A stretch of 62,984 nucleotides of DNA, counting the filler, from Globobulimina sp. (Eukaryota), in NCBI GenBank assembly GCA_003354225.1. It is 45 parts of 45 records of this genome, joined end to end, with 100 filler letters (N's around TTAATTAATTAA, not from the genome) between each part and the next. Parts side by side here need not be neighbours in the genome. Positions count along the whole stretch, not along the records: positions 49,075 to 50,375 come from PIVH01019100.1; positions 50,476 to 51,776 come from PIVH01019101.1; positions 51,877 to 53,177 come from PIVH01019102.1; positions 53,278 to 54,578 come from PIVH01019103.1; positions 54,679 to 55,979 come from PIVH01019104.1; positions 56,080 to 57,380 come from PIVH01019105.1; positions 57,481 to 58,781 come from PIVH01019106.1; positions 58,882 to 60,182 come from PIVH01019107.1; 37 more parts are not named here. One strand, 5' to 3'. A program made the translations under genes and the position numbers. This document shows positions 49,696 through 62,932 of this stretch, one piece after another (the first letter of the stretch is position 1; each line of letters starts with the position of its first letter). The notes under the pieces were generated by a model that was not told where the DNA came from, made no database searches, and worked only from the letters and a program-made list of their open reading frames with translations.

Positions 49696-50475
49696 AACTT
49701 AAGAGTCACTCAAATAGCAGTCAGGGAATGAACTGGACGCCTTTCAAAATTATTGCCATCAGTAATATAGCATTTCATCTGTATGTATGTCAAACTTTAA
49801 GTTCATTTTTACATCTTCCACTTTAACATCATGTAAATGTTACTAGTGATTGTTAGTGCTGGAATGAAGTTTGTAAGAAGTAGATGTTTGTTCAATCATT
49901 AGCACCCCTTATGAACTTGAAGCCTGCCTTGTTACTGGAATAGGTCAAACGTCTTGCTGAATATCAAGTCAAGTCTGTTCACAGACCAACTTAGTCTCGG
50001 TGCAATATGTACTCATCAGTTGAAACTCCACTTTCTGCACGATAACAATTATTGAGAGTAAATTGGCTTGAAACATTGATGACAACTGGTTTGAAACGAT
50101 TTCTTCTAGCACAGTCTTCTAATGCCTCAGGGAGGAACTTTTGTGAATATTTATTAAAAAGTGTTTATCAAGGTATTGCGCTGTTTGTTGGTATCTGAAA
50201 ATCATTTATGCAATGTTTTGCCTCTTTTTCAAAGTAAATAATAAGCATAATTATAGAAACAAAGATAATGTTTACCTATAAAATTGTACAAAATAGGCAG
50301 CACAGTGCTGTGATAACGATCCATTATTCTCTGCTATCATTATGGCATGAATATAGAGTTTATTGCAAAAGATTANNNNNNNNNNNNNNNNNNNNNNNNN
50401 NNNNNNNNNNNNNNNNNNNTTAATTAATTAANNNNNNNNNNNNNNNNNNNNNNNNNNNNNNNNNNNNNNNNNNNN

Positions 50476-51625
50476 GTATATAGTGAATATAATGTGGATA
50501 ATATGACGCAATATATATACCACAATGCAGGATTGTAAAGACCATAATTCGTACACGGAGATTGTTGTAGATCCATATAAATGTGAACGTGGATGGTATT
50601 ATCAACTCGCAGCAGCAGTGGTGTCTACTGCTGGACCCATTGTTGAAACTACAAAACAACCTTCAAACGAACCTACAAATGAACCTACAAAGCAACCTAC
50701 AGATGAACCCACATTAGAGCCAACTACTGAGACTATTATGCAATTAGATTGTAAGTATGGATTAAGAATTTTAAATGAATTCTCATTCTATGAGACAGTG
50801 CTAGTGAATGAGTGTTATGATGATGCTTCAATGTATGGTAGGTCCATGCAACATGTTTGTATAAATGATACTATTATGGATAGGTATTATACAGATATGT
50901 CATGTGCTGGTGATTTGACGCAGACAGTATCAGCAGGAAATATTAATGCATATTGCAATGCATTAGCATCAGATACAACACAATGTAATAATTCTATACT
51001 AATACGGCAATATGAGAGTAATGGAACATGTGCAGTATCACAGGTGTTTAAAACCTATGGATTTATTATAAATGAATGTATATTTTTTGAGGCTAACACA
51101 TTTATTAAAAATGCATTTGATTCAAGTGTATTGATCCAATTTAGTTATGGTACATATGAGGAATGTACAAATGATATCAATTCAAGCATAGTGTGGATGT
51201 TACCAGGCGAGGAATGCAAACAAGGTTATTTATATGAAATCGTGTCACCAACAACATGGGAACCGACTACATCCCCAACAACAACCTCACCATTCTCCAG
51301 TGAGTTAGATTGTAATTATGGATTATGGGAAGGACCAGATTTTCTAGAAACGTTTGTTACAAACGAATGTTATGCAGGATATGATCCATACGATATAATG
51401 AATATCGAATCCGTTAAATATGAGTGTATCGATGGCATTATGTATAAACAAGTATATTTGTCAGAAAACTGCCATTCCATTCCAGACACTCAGGAATCAG
51501 TGGAAGCAGCATATTTCCCTCCGGTGCAAGAACATTGTAATTATAATAATATTGAAGAAACCGCCTGTGATTTTGTATGGATTCATCAATATTATTCACG
51601 CACAGATGGTGCGGTCCCGATGGGT
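50476..51625 (+). CDS. Extracellular protein with repeated Cys-rich modules and PT linkers (partial)
   Basis: Duplicated LDCxYGL...ETxxxNECY...C module. Confidence 0.7.
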
Positions 51626-51876
51626 TAGTTCGAACCATGGCCTTTTGTCATTGATAAATGCTTATTTCATAAACAAACAGATTGTTACTTTATAACGGAG
51701 GTTTCATTGAATTGAGATGAAAGTGTTTCTGTTATTGTTGTGTGAAAAGTGTTTTTGAGTGTGGTGTTTGATTACTNNNNNNNNNNNNNNNNNNNNNNNN
51801 NNNNNNNNNNNNNNNNNNNNTTAATTAATTAANNNNNNNNNNNNNNNNNNNNNNNNNNNNNNNNNNNNNNNNNNNN

Positions 51877-52367
51877 CTTTTTAAATCACCTTCAAATAAT
51901 ATTCGGTTTGGTAAATCGCCATTGATATTTTGATTGAAATACAGTTCAAATGCCATGTCACTTTGATGTAAGGCATTGTTAAATTCATCGTAATTGATAT
52001 GCTTATTTGATATATATTTTGTAAGATTATGTATCGTATTTTGTTTTGTTTCATCGTGCATCACATTTGCAACATAATTAGAAAATTCATATGGGCCAAA
52101 ATCAGATATATTCAAAGATATGGATTGCTTTTGAATGAGTGAAATAATTTTCTCGCTGAGGCATGAATTAATAATGGTTTGTTGTATTAGTATTTTATGT
52201 AATGACTCAAATTGGGAGCCACAAATGTTTTGTTTAATGATTTGATTCTTGATGTGTTCAATAACGATATCGTACATAGTTACTGCTAAAATGTCATTTG
52301 ATAATATGCGTTGTTCAATGTCATCATATTTGTCTTCTTCATGATCATCGTCTGTTTTTTGTATCAT
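51877..52367 (-). CDS. Unknown protein, N-terminus (partial)
   Basis: ATG-initiated ORF open to the contig end. Confidence 0.5.
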
Positions 52368-52512
52368 TATTCAGTTGGGGTTGAGGTAATATATATATAT
52401 ATATGTGTTTTATTGTATACCTGCTTTAGAAGTAAGCTCGACGTCGCTGTGAGTCGCCGTCTTAAAACTAACATGATTTGTTAAAGTAGAGATCATTAAT
52501 TGTTCGTGCTTC

Positions 52513-52594
52513 AAAAACTACTGAAAACTACTGAAAACACTGAACTACTGAAAACACTGAACTACTGAAAACTACTTAAACTGAAAACTACTGA
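52513..52594. repeat. Short tandem repeat (AAAACTACTG variants)
   Basis: Directly visible 8-10 bp units. Confidence 0.85.
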
Positions 52595-52911
52595 ATTCCA
52601 GTACACATGCATTGGGAGATTGTGAATGAAACATTTTGTATATACCTTTCTAATGCGCGCAGAACAATACCTTACTGGACCTGAACGGCAACCGCGGTCG
52701 CACCACTTTTTATTCTTTTTCTTTTTATTTTTGTCGGTGCCAAATGACTCGTATATACAATATGCTTTTGCTTTCTTTGCTGCGTCGGCTTTAAGACATT
52801 GCACACCAAACCACATTTTAGATGGACATTTATTTGATTATTTGATTGCTAAGCTGCGAACTTTAATTTCTACTCTTAACTTAAAATACAAACCGAAAAC
52901 GTTCACAGAAA

Positions 52912-53177
52912 ATGAACAATGCTGTCAGGAAAAGACTGTCCCAATTATTAGTAAGTGGATACGTTAGAAACTGTAGCACTCCATACATCCATACACTTAT
53001 TATTAGTATCATTCATGCATTCCATTATTATATTTTGTTGCTATTATATTCTATTGGTAAAAACGGATATGGAAAACAAAGGAATGCAGGAAATGAACAT
53101 ATTAGAAAAATAACAAAAATAAAAACATTTGAAAAAAAAATAAAAAATATTGTTACTTGTGGTGGTAATTGGAATGG
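52912..53177 (+). CDS. RCC1-like protein N-terminus (partial)
   Basis: LLVSGYVRN module followed by LYSIGKNGYGKQ...IKNIVTCG. Confidence 0.6.
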
Positions 53178-53277
53178 NNNNNNNNNNNNNNNNNNNNNNN
53201 NNNNNNNNNNNNNNNNNNNNNTTAATTAATTAANNNNNNNNNNNNNNNNNNNNNNNNNNNNNNNNNNNNNNNNNNNN

Positions 53278-53536
53278 GGGTCCATTCACGCGGTGGTATA
53301 AAGATTGGATACCATTTACTGATTATTATGTCAGAATATTGAACATTTGCGGTCCCTCCAATTTGAAATACAGTTGGTATTGTTGATGAGGTATATGGCA
53401 GTTGGTGATTACCCACTGGGTATTTCATTGCTCCGTTTGTAAGTATTTTACAATTAGATGAGGAACTTATATTTTGGGAATGTGAACTCGACGCAACACT
53501 GACACTGGCAATGATAAAAATAAGTGACCAAGCCAT
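53278..53536 (-). CDS. Secreted protein N-terminus, function unknown
   Basis: Signal peptide MAWSLIFIIASVSVA. Confidence 0.45.
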
Positions 53537-53589
53537 GTTTAAAAGAATTTTTCAGTGTAGAAAAAAAGTGTTTTTCCTTTGAATTGCGC

Positions 53590-54286
53590 AACCAAATCAA
53601 CAAGTTGTGTATGCTCAACCGCATCAACAGGTTGTGTATGCTCAACCTAACCACAATGCCCAACCAGTGATGTATGCACAAAATGCTCAACCTGTGATGT
53701 ATGCGCAACCAAACCAACAAATGCAACCTGTCATGATGGTGCCTGCGCAAAGTGGCCAACAACAACAAGTGATGTATACGCAACCAAATCAAACGGGTCA
53801 GCCAGTAATGATGATGCAAAATAACCAACCTGTTATGATGGTTGCTGTTCAACAACAAATGGTTATGCAACCTGTACAGCAACAACCGCAGCCACAGCCA
53901 CAACAAACGCAAACTGTGCAAGCAGTGCAAGTACAGAATGCACCGCTGCAGCCACCAATGTATATCGCCTGTTTTGTTATGTGTATATTCAGTAGAAAAG
54001 CTGTAAGAGACAATTGGAGACATAAATCGCCGTACGTATGACAGATATATATCTTTAGCCATATCTGCATGTACAAATATATATTGTTTCCAGGTGTTTT
54101 TGCGCGTGGCCCGTTGTGACGGCAATCTTTGGTGTGATGTTTACAATTGGTGCTATTGCAATGTTAAGCGCAGGAGATGTGAGTGGAGGGACTATAGTAA
54201 TGTTAGCATTTGCACTTATATTGGATATATTGGCTGTTTTATTAATTTATGCATTGTGTTGGTATGTTTGCAAAGTTACTTCATAA
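53590..54286 (+). CDS. Gln/Pro-rich (VMYAQP repeat) protein with C-terminal TM helices; intron 54032-54093; start uncertain
   Basis: Splicing gives HKSP-CFCAWPVVTAIFGVMF...CWYVCKVTS*. Confidence 0.65.
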
Positions 54287-54678
54287 TCAAATTTGTTTTT
54301 AATATTGTTACTATTAAAGGGGAGATGCTCATGGATTCCGCGATGGTGTTCAATATCCAGATATGCAAAGGGGAATAACGGGCATTGGAAATTGTGTGAT
54401 AATGTGATTATAAAATGTAAATAAATTGTCATGTAAATAATAAATTTACACTAAGCTTGATGCCGTTAAAACGCAGTGAATTCCTAAATTATTTAATTTC
54501 CATCGAATATCTGAAAGACTGAAACGTTTTAAATTTCTCTGCCCTAGAAAAGTACTTGTATCACATTCTTTAACCCATNNNNNNNNNNNNNNNNNNNNNN
54601 NNNNNNNNNNNNNNNNNNNNNNTTAATTAATTAANNNNNNNNNNNNNNNNNNNNNNNNNNNNNNNNNNNNNNNNNNNN

Positions 54679-55979
54679 TCTATGGACATACAGTATTAAC
54701 GAACTTACTGCGCCCATTGACTATCGTATGCATGTACCACTTTGTAAACATTTCTGTTATCAAATTATTTATATGGGACGCTTTTGTCTCATGTTTAAAA
54801 CGGATGGATCAGACGCATTTCGCCAATTAGGTTTACATCGTTCGCAATGGAAATATATGGGTTATAAATTCATGGGTTTAGACTTAGTGGACACCTGTGA
54901 TATTTATGGCAGTAAAGCGGCCTCCAAACACTCTCAAGATTTTGGCAATATCTTATTATTAGCTTTTAAACAGTGGATCAAACCTTTTTTATTATACAAT
55001 GAAAGAATTGAAAACCTTGTTTACATTGATGATCATATTGGATTTATTAAATCATTTCCTTTCTCGGATAGAAAACGAGAAACATTTTTAATGAATAAAT
55101 TTTTTGAATTTCTCAATCTATGCGGATACATTGAATCAATTGAAAAAAGAAAATATGTTTCATGGATCATGAAAGTCTGTGGCTTAATTTATGACAGTTC
55201 AGATATGACTGTTGGCCCTGGACCTGACAAGAAAAAGAAAGCATTGTTGTTACTTATCATAATTGTGTGCTGCAAGATGTTAATGAGTGATAGATATGAA
55301 TCGTTATTAGGCACTTTGACTTGGATGGCATCATTAATGTGGCCTGGAACAGCCTTTTTACGTCGATTGAGGATGAAATTAACAGCACATAAAAGAATAT
55401 ATGGCGATGAATTATCATTAGTACATTTCTGTGAACATGAAATAAAAGACGCAAAATTATGGATAAAATACATGCATTTATGTGATAGAGTCAATATTTA
55501 TGATGTTGTGGGATATGGTAATCGTGCCACAGTTAATTTGTATACAGATGGTGCCACCAATGGAGAGCGACCAAATTGGCAGCCTGGAATTGGTGCGTAT
55601 TTCAATGGACATTGGTCGTTTGATACTGTCCCGAAACAGTTTATGGATATTTATTATAAATATCTTGATGCAGATAAAACTATTTTATACAGTCAAGAAC
55701 AACACATTGCACATTTTGAAGCTTTAGCAATTGTCGCTGCATTGAATACATTTAAACATCATTTTAATCCAAATATTAATCTAAATCTACGATGTGATAA
55801 TCAACATTGTGAGGCTATCTTTATTAGCAAAAATTCAGATGATATGTTTTTGATGGATTGTATACGTTGGACGGTATGGTTTTGCTTCGAAAATAAATTA
55901 CGAGTTAAAATTAATTATATTAAATCATCAGAAAACTTATATGCGGACGATTTATCACGTTTTGATGTAGCTAAATTTT
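54679..55979 (+). mobile_element. DIRS/Ngaro-type (tyrosine-recombinase) retrotransposon RT-RNase H
   Basis: KTDGSDAFRQL and YIDD; RNase H LYTDGA, HIAHFEALAI, LRCDNQ and YIKSSENLYADDLSR; uninterrupted across the contig. Confidence 0.9.
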
Positions 55980-57480
55980 NNNNNNNNNNNNNNNNNNNNN
56001 NNNNNNNNNNNNNNNNNNNNNNNTTAATTAATTAANNNNNNNNNNNNNNNNNNNNNNNNNNNNNNNNNNNNNNNNNNNNACACAAACACTGAATAATGCG
56101 TAATTAATTTACTAAATAATTTACCCTTTTTGATCTCCCTTGCTTGATAGGGCAGGCAAGACTTCAGCACAAATCCGAGCCCGCTGCCAATCCGACTATG
56201 ATGACGGGAGGCTTGGAGACGAACCACTCTCGGCTGTGGTGACGTCGAGTCTGCCGTGGGATTCTTCTTGTGGCGCCGACGATCGAGCTCAAGGCCACTG
56301 CTGACAAACGACGGTTGAATTGAGTGAAAGGTGTAAAAGAGCCGCAGGTCCGGAGTACTCTTTTATGACACGAATAACTGATACTAAGGCACAATAGATC
56401 AATATAATAAGTCCACAACAAAAGCAACACTGATCTACTTAACTATGAATGAGGGCAAAAGATCTCATAATATCGAATCCAGTTCATTCATATGTTGCAT
56501 TGTTTTGGCCAGTAATAGGCAAATTAATCACATCACCAGGCAGGTGGCTGGGCTTGCTGCGACGGTATGTTTCTAATCAGTCCAGATGGATATCTCTTGC
56601 AGATCCGCGCGGCAACTTTGAATTGTTGATTGTAATATCCAGCATGGATATTACATGCCTCCCTGCTACCATTTGATGAGCTTCGGTGGTTGGCCGGGTT
56701 TGGAATGTCCTGCTATTAATCGATCTAGAAATAGTTGAAATTAGCACATTTCCATACCTGCAGGGGACCCTAAACTTATCCCAGTATGTTTTACCATGAT
56801 TCAGGTATAACTAAAAGATAGCATGTCTAAATACGACCAGGGATAACCTTAGCATCCACTATGCACAACAACACTTCATATTGATGATGTATGGTACTGT
56901 ATAGATAGTAATTACTGGTGACTGCTATTATGTGCTATACTATGAGCTACCATATTACGAGAGTACCCTGGGATTTTTCTAATACCACTCCTACTACTAT
57001 AAAATGGGAACCAAAAATAATTTACTATAAATTTAAAATTATAAGGCAATATACTGCAACAACAGTAGTTTGTCCAACATGATACTAACAACAGCAGTGT
57101 ACGGTGTACTATGTACTATGCACTTGATGGAATAACTGCATTAAAATGGAATAAACTGACCAATAAGGGCTCAATCATGTTCGATCTGGCTAAGTCATTT
57201 CCATAGAAGCTATTGCTTTGCTTTCCATTATGAACTACAATCCATATAATTCTTGATGTCCTTTGGAGCTAAAATATGATGATTTTGTGCTATAATTGTA
57301 CTAACATTACATAAACATGTAATCCTTCCCCTGTATGATCTTTTTGGGTGAAGTTTTGGTGCATACATTGATTACAAAAANNNNNNNNNNNNNNNNNNNN
57401 NNNNNNNNNNNNNNNNNNNNNNNNTTAATTAATTAANNNNNNNNNNNNNNNNNNNNNNNNNNNNNNNNNNNNNNNNNNNN

Positions 57481-58781
57481 TTTCCTGCTTGTAATTTAAT
57501 CAATTGATCGTACACAAGATTGACATCAACATTATTATGCATCGAATATGACACATCTTCTTTATATAGACACCAGGCACCGCAATGTGCAAACCACCGA
57601 TAATGGCCATTTATGGCCGCATATCCCGCGGCGGATAAAATTAAATTAATATTATTCACCTCCGAGACTTTTCTCCTTCTTATATTTATATCACACGCTC
57701 CCGGCGCAAATAATGCATAATTTTCAACCGGAATCTTCCATGTTTTATGATTTTGAACACTAAATTTATATTTTAACATCAATGCACTTAACACGACATA
57801 CATATTCCTCATAGCCACTTGCTTCCCGATACACTGTCTTCTTCCCAATGAAAATATGGTCAATGCTTTGTTTGCTTTGAATGCGCCATTTTCGTCCAAC
57901 CAAAACTCAAAATGAATATCCATCATATCGATATCTACATTTTCAGCAGCCTTATTTTCATTTTTTACCCAGATTTTGGGATTCCTTCCAATTCCAATCG
58001 AATTAATGGAAAATACACAGTTTTTATTCAATTCATATTCTTCATTGTCACTGATTTTAATGGTAAGTGCTTCTTCGTCGCTGTTATAATCTAAATATCG
58101 CACTGCGGAAACTTTTGTGGTTGGATAAATCCGCATTGTTTCAAATATAAATGCCCGGAAATACGGCAATTTTAATAAAATATTCTGTGATAATTGAATA
58201 TTATCAGCACGTCCTCCAAATACAGGTTTTAGCTCCTTTTCGTAAATAAACTCTTGTTTCTCTGGGTATTTACACAATAAATATATGCAAAACGCCAACA
58301 TATTTGATGTGGTATCAATGGACGGAAACAACAATGAGGTAATATCTGCAAATAACTCTTCTTCGCTTAATATCTTTTCCGAGCGTACATAATCTCGAAA
58401 ACATTTCCTTCGATTATCATTATTTACAACATCAGAATCACTGTTATATTCCACCACTAATTCCACCATATCTTTCCTTATATTTTCGCCCAATTTGCCC
58501 AAATTAAACATTGGTTTTAATAATTGAAATAATTTGCCATTTCCAATGAGAAAGGAGAGAAACATTCGCGATCGGAAATTTGCCCAGAATTTGGTGGCTA
58601 AAATATCAAATTCAATGAAAAACTTATCGTCAACGGATTTAATATGTTTTCCAACGCAAGCATATAACACGAGATTGAACGTTAATGGCCGTAATATCTG
58701 GCGAATATCGCATATTTTATCGCTTTTATCTAAATACGGAAATATGACGTTATTCAAAAATGTGAGCGAGCCTTTGGTCAC
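57481..58781 (-). CDS. Cytochrome P450 (5'-partial) with an in-frame C-terminal extension
   Basis: I-helix PSIDTTS, ExxR motif (ETMR) and heme motif FSLGRRQCIG. Confidence 0.92.
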
Positions 58782-58881
58782 NNNNNNNNNNNNNNNNNNN
58801 NNNNNNNNNNNNNNNNNNNNNNNNNTTAATTAATTAANNNNNNNNNNNNNNNNNNNNNNNNNNNNNNNNNNNNNNNNNNNN

Positions 58882-60182
58882 ATTTGGGCACAGCTTGTGA
58901 TGTTTGCGCCGATCAGTTTGATGCTTGCCTACAAGGTGAGGGTTGTGAGGTGATGGCGGACTTTTTATTTTTCCATTTTCCAAGTTGTTCCGTAGATTTT
59001 AGCAGTTTAGAAATGGACTTCATTGATCCTGTGTGGTGTGACGCGAATGTTGGGCTCAATTGTACTGCGAATGGCTTTGATGCAATGTATGATTGTGTTA
59101 AAAGTGCAGGGTGTTATTTACAAAAGGATGCCGAAACACCGTTGCATTGCACAGCGGTTCCCTATTATTTTTCGGGTATATATGACGTTTGGCTGTTTAA
59201 TGACGAAATCGATGGTATGGGCACTGAATGTACGCCGTGTACCGCTGAAATCGAGACTTGTCTTGCGGATCCCACTAAAAATTGTGAGGCTTTCGGCGAT
59301 ATTTTGTTCCGGGATTTTGCAAATTGTTCCCATGCTGGTTTTGACGGATTTGATGGGTTTATAGATAGGATGTGGTGTAATGCGACGTGGGATTATGGCG
59401 CAGATTGCAGTGCCAATGGGTTCGATGCAATGTATCAATGTGTCCAAAGAGAAGAATGTCTCGTACAAATGGTTGCAAATAGTGAAGCGGATAGTAATTG
59501 TAGCTGTGACATATCGCCTTGTATTGCAGATGCAACATGTTCATACGTTATGCAGTCCGGTGTACTTTCGTTGTTAAGTCATGTGTTTGTACTTTGTATA
59601 CAGGATAAAAAGTAATATTGTTTCTGTCCGAAAGCTTTGCATTTATTGTTATTATGTTTCTGTTCTAAATTCGTTAACATTTGTTTACATTCTATATAGC
59701 GACGATAATCCCGATATATTTTCCGATATTTATGAACTTTGTAACAATCACATACTCCCCGATGGCAATGCTACCGATTGTGCGGTGTTTAGAGATTTTA
59801 TGCTCTGTCAGTCCGGCTGCGATGAAGAACCCTCGGACCCGGACGATTGTTTCGATAGCAATGTGAATGCCACAACCATGTTTGGATGCATTTTTTCGTC
59901 TGCTTGTTTTGAACCATTTAACGCCACATTAGCTGCCATATTCAACGGTATTTGTGCCGAAACGTTGTGTTCCCCAACTGATTTAGCTGCAGCAAAAGAT
60001 AATTATTGCGTAACCCAAGGGAATGATTGTAGCAATTCCATGTATAACACCTTATACGATGCCATGTTCACCTGCGCCAACTCAGAATGTGTATGGCTGC
60101 ATTGTACGGATGAAATCGACGATTGTAAAGCGAGTGTGGCGTGCAATGAAGAACTGCAATTCGTCATTCACGCTCCGCCAAT
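58882..60182 (+). CDS. Cys-rich repeat extracellular protein (probable intron 59573-59699)
   Basis: Duplicated module GTxCxxC...FIDxxWCxA...CxANGFDAMYxCV. Confidence 0.7.
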
Positions 60183-60282
60183 NNNNNNNNNNNNNNNNNN
60201 NNNNNNNNNNNNNNNNNNNNNNNNNNTTAATTAATTAANNNNNNNNNNNNNNNNNNNNNNNNNNNNNNNNNNNNNNNNNNNN

Positions 60283-61583
60283 GGGGTGCGTCACCAACTG
60301 ATGTTACATTAATTATTATTAACTTGTTTGATATTTGACTACCATCAGACTCATCATCCCATGCTTTAATTAAAACAGTCGTATTTCCACAAAAATCTTG
60401 ATTCGGAATAAATTTGCATGTTCTTATAGTATCAATAACATTTGCTGTAGAACCAACAATTTGGACATAACCTGTGCCAATGCTTCCATTTTTAATCCAC
60501 GAACCACTCCAAAAGTCACACTCAAAAGTACCATCGGTAGCATATAATGATACATATATTGTACTGGAATCGACATCATTTACTTGAATATTTAAAGCTA
60601 ATCTATGATCTTCAGCTACAGTTTGTGTGTTACTAACAGTGATTGTTGGCATATCATTGATGTCTGCTACGTAAATATCAATATCACAGTCTGCAGTGAG
60701 TTCATTAAACGTGGAGTTATAACTAGCAGTAATTACTAACCGTTCATGTCCACAACAAACTTTATTATAATCTAACATTGGAATATATGTTATATTTCTG
60801 ATAATATTACCGATGGCATTATATGATCCATTAATTAATCCCTGCCATGAATAAGAAGCAACGCTCTCATCAACAGAATACACTGTTGTTATATTATAAA
60901 GATCCGAATGGATTGTACCATGATTTAATGTAAAACGAACAAATATCGGTTCTGTCTGATTATCAGTATCAATTAATGTAATACCTTTAATTTGTATCGG
61001 TGTGTCTTCAACAGCAAATAATTCAAAATATGGACAGGTTGGAATTGGTGGATCTAACACATTATTCAATGTAATTGTAATGGTTTTTATATCGGATAAT
61101 ATCTCACCGTTTCCCGTATTTCCATCATCATTTATATAGATTGTAATAATATCAATACCGACATAATGCAAATTTGGTACATACTGCAATGTTGAGATTG
61201 CAATCTCAATTAAACCAGCTTTGCCAAATATCTTTATATTATTACTTTCATCCATTGTGGCTTCAACGAACTGTATACCATCAAAAGAATGTAATTTTAT
61301 TGTTCCATATAAACACGATATATTACCATACAAATGTGCACCATTTAAAGTATCATTAATGTCGATATCATAGATGGTAATACCGACAATTTGTAATTCA
61401 TTATCTTCATCAATATTAATTGAACTAAATGGTAAAATTATAACTGGCGCATCGTTTACAGGATCAATATATAAATTTTTGTTTATTACAGTTATATCAC
61501 CAAAGTCATTACTAACATTTATATTTATATATCCTTGATATCCGTAATTATTTGGTGTTGATAAAAATGAAAAATTATAAAAC
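60283..61583 (-). CDS. Cadherin-like/bacterial Ig-like tandem-repeat adhesin fragment
   Basis: Whole contig is open; repeats end in VNDAP/VLDPP/INDMP/VGDAP and contain xED starts, DxD and YxPxxxYxG motifs. Confidence 0.8.
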
Positions 61584-61799
61584 NNNNNNNNNNNNNNNNN
61601 NNNNNNNNNNNNNNNNNNNNNNNNNNNTTAATTAATTAANNNNNNNNNNNNNNNNNNNNNNNNNNNNNNNNNNNNNNNNNNNNGATTGAAAGCACATCAT
61701 AAGTAGAACTTTGTCGTTGATGTGATTTAATATACATTTAATAGAATTGAGTTAGGTTCATGGGAATTTTTTGGTTAACGCTATATTAACATTTTTGCA

Positions 61800-62932
61800 T
61801 CAAAATCCACTTCTCGGATTTATTATACCAGGCCCACTCTCCAGATATTCATCCAATATTATCCACATCCTCTCAAATGTAGACAATGCGCTTAATATAG
61901 AACCGCCAATCCATGCAAAATATTTTCTATTTTTATTTGCAATAATTGTTGCTTTATGTAAACATTGCATTTCATTGCTTAATCTCTCTTCAATTCCACA
62001 AAACATCGTATTACCTCCGCTTAACACAACATTTCTGAATAAATCCGATGTTATATCTTTATCACTTTTCATAATTGCACCATATACTAATTCATGTAAA
62101 GATTGTTCATTTATATCCATTAATTCCGGATTGAATATAATTTCTGGACATTTAAATTGTTCATCCCTTATTTCAATAATATTACCGTCCGGTAACTCAT
62201 ATTTCTTTGTCACACATAAAAAATCGCTTAAATTCCCACAATATCGTTTACACAGATTTTCAATATCTACAGATGTATATCGAGTATATATTTGCTGTCA
62301 ATGTTTCTAAAATATGCATCAATCAAATAACTATTTGCCACTGGTTTTTTACATTCAGCTACAAAATTAGTTGCTATATAACAATGCTTTTCTTTTAAAG
62401 ATGATACATAAGCATTACTATTATTGTTCAATAATTTGCCTAAATAATCAGTACATTGTTTACCTCCATAATTTGCTTTATACCATGCATGCGACAATGC
62501 ATATCCTTCGTATATTGGTACAATTTGAGTTTGTTGATATCCAGAATCAATTGCAACGCCAGTGGTCCTTCCAGAGGCGTACAATGAAAGCACTGTTTGT
62601 TGACCAATATACATTCCAACAATTTTAAATTTTTCAAACATTATTTCCGCCAATTTCTCTTTATTTGCTTTTGGATTTAATATACTTTCTGTAAATAAAA
62701 TGAGCTGTTCTGACATGTCGACATTTAATGTTGATTCGAATAAAGTTTGATAAACACTTTCAATTTTATCCCATGATGTTATTATTCCTTTTGTGATTGA
62801 TGTACTTTCTTCAATAAAATGACTTGGTAAGGGATCGCCAGCAAAGCCTACTCTCAACGCACGGGATCCATTATCAATTACCATTGCTGGTGGATAACCA
62901 TCATCATCATCATCTTCGTATTCTTGACACAT
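61800..62932 (-). CDS. Divergent actin-like protein with an insertion and a frameshift at 62267-62297
   Basis: VIDNGS, LSLYASGRTTG, VPIYEGYAL, YELPDG, NVVLSGGNTMF and AWIGGSILSALSTF. Confidence 0.9.

Noticed and set aside
1304..61683. Regularly spaced TTAATTAATTAA motif and ORFs ending in XXX-LIN
   Set aside because: Artificial linker; these ORF tails and all cross-contig gene neighbourhoods are not biological
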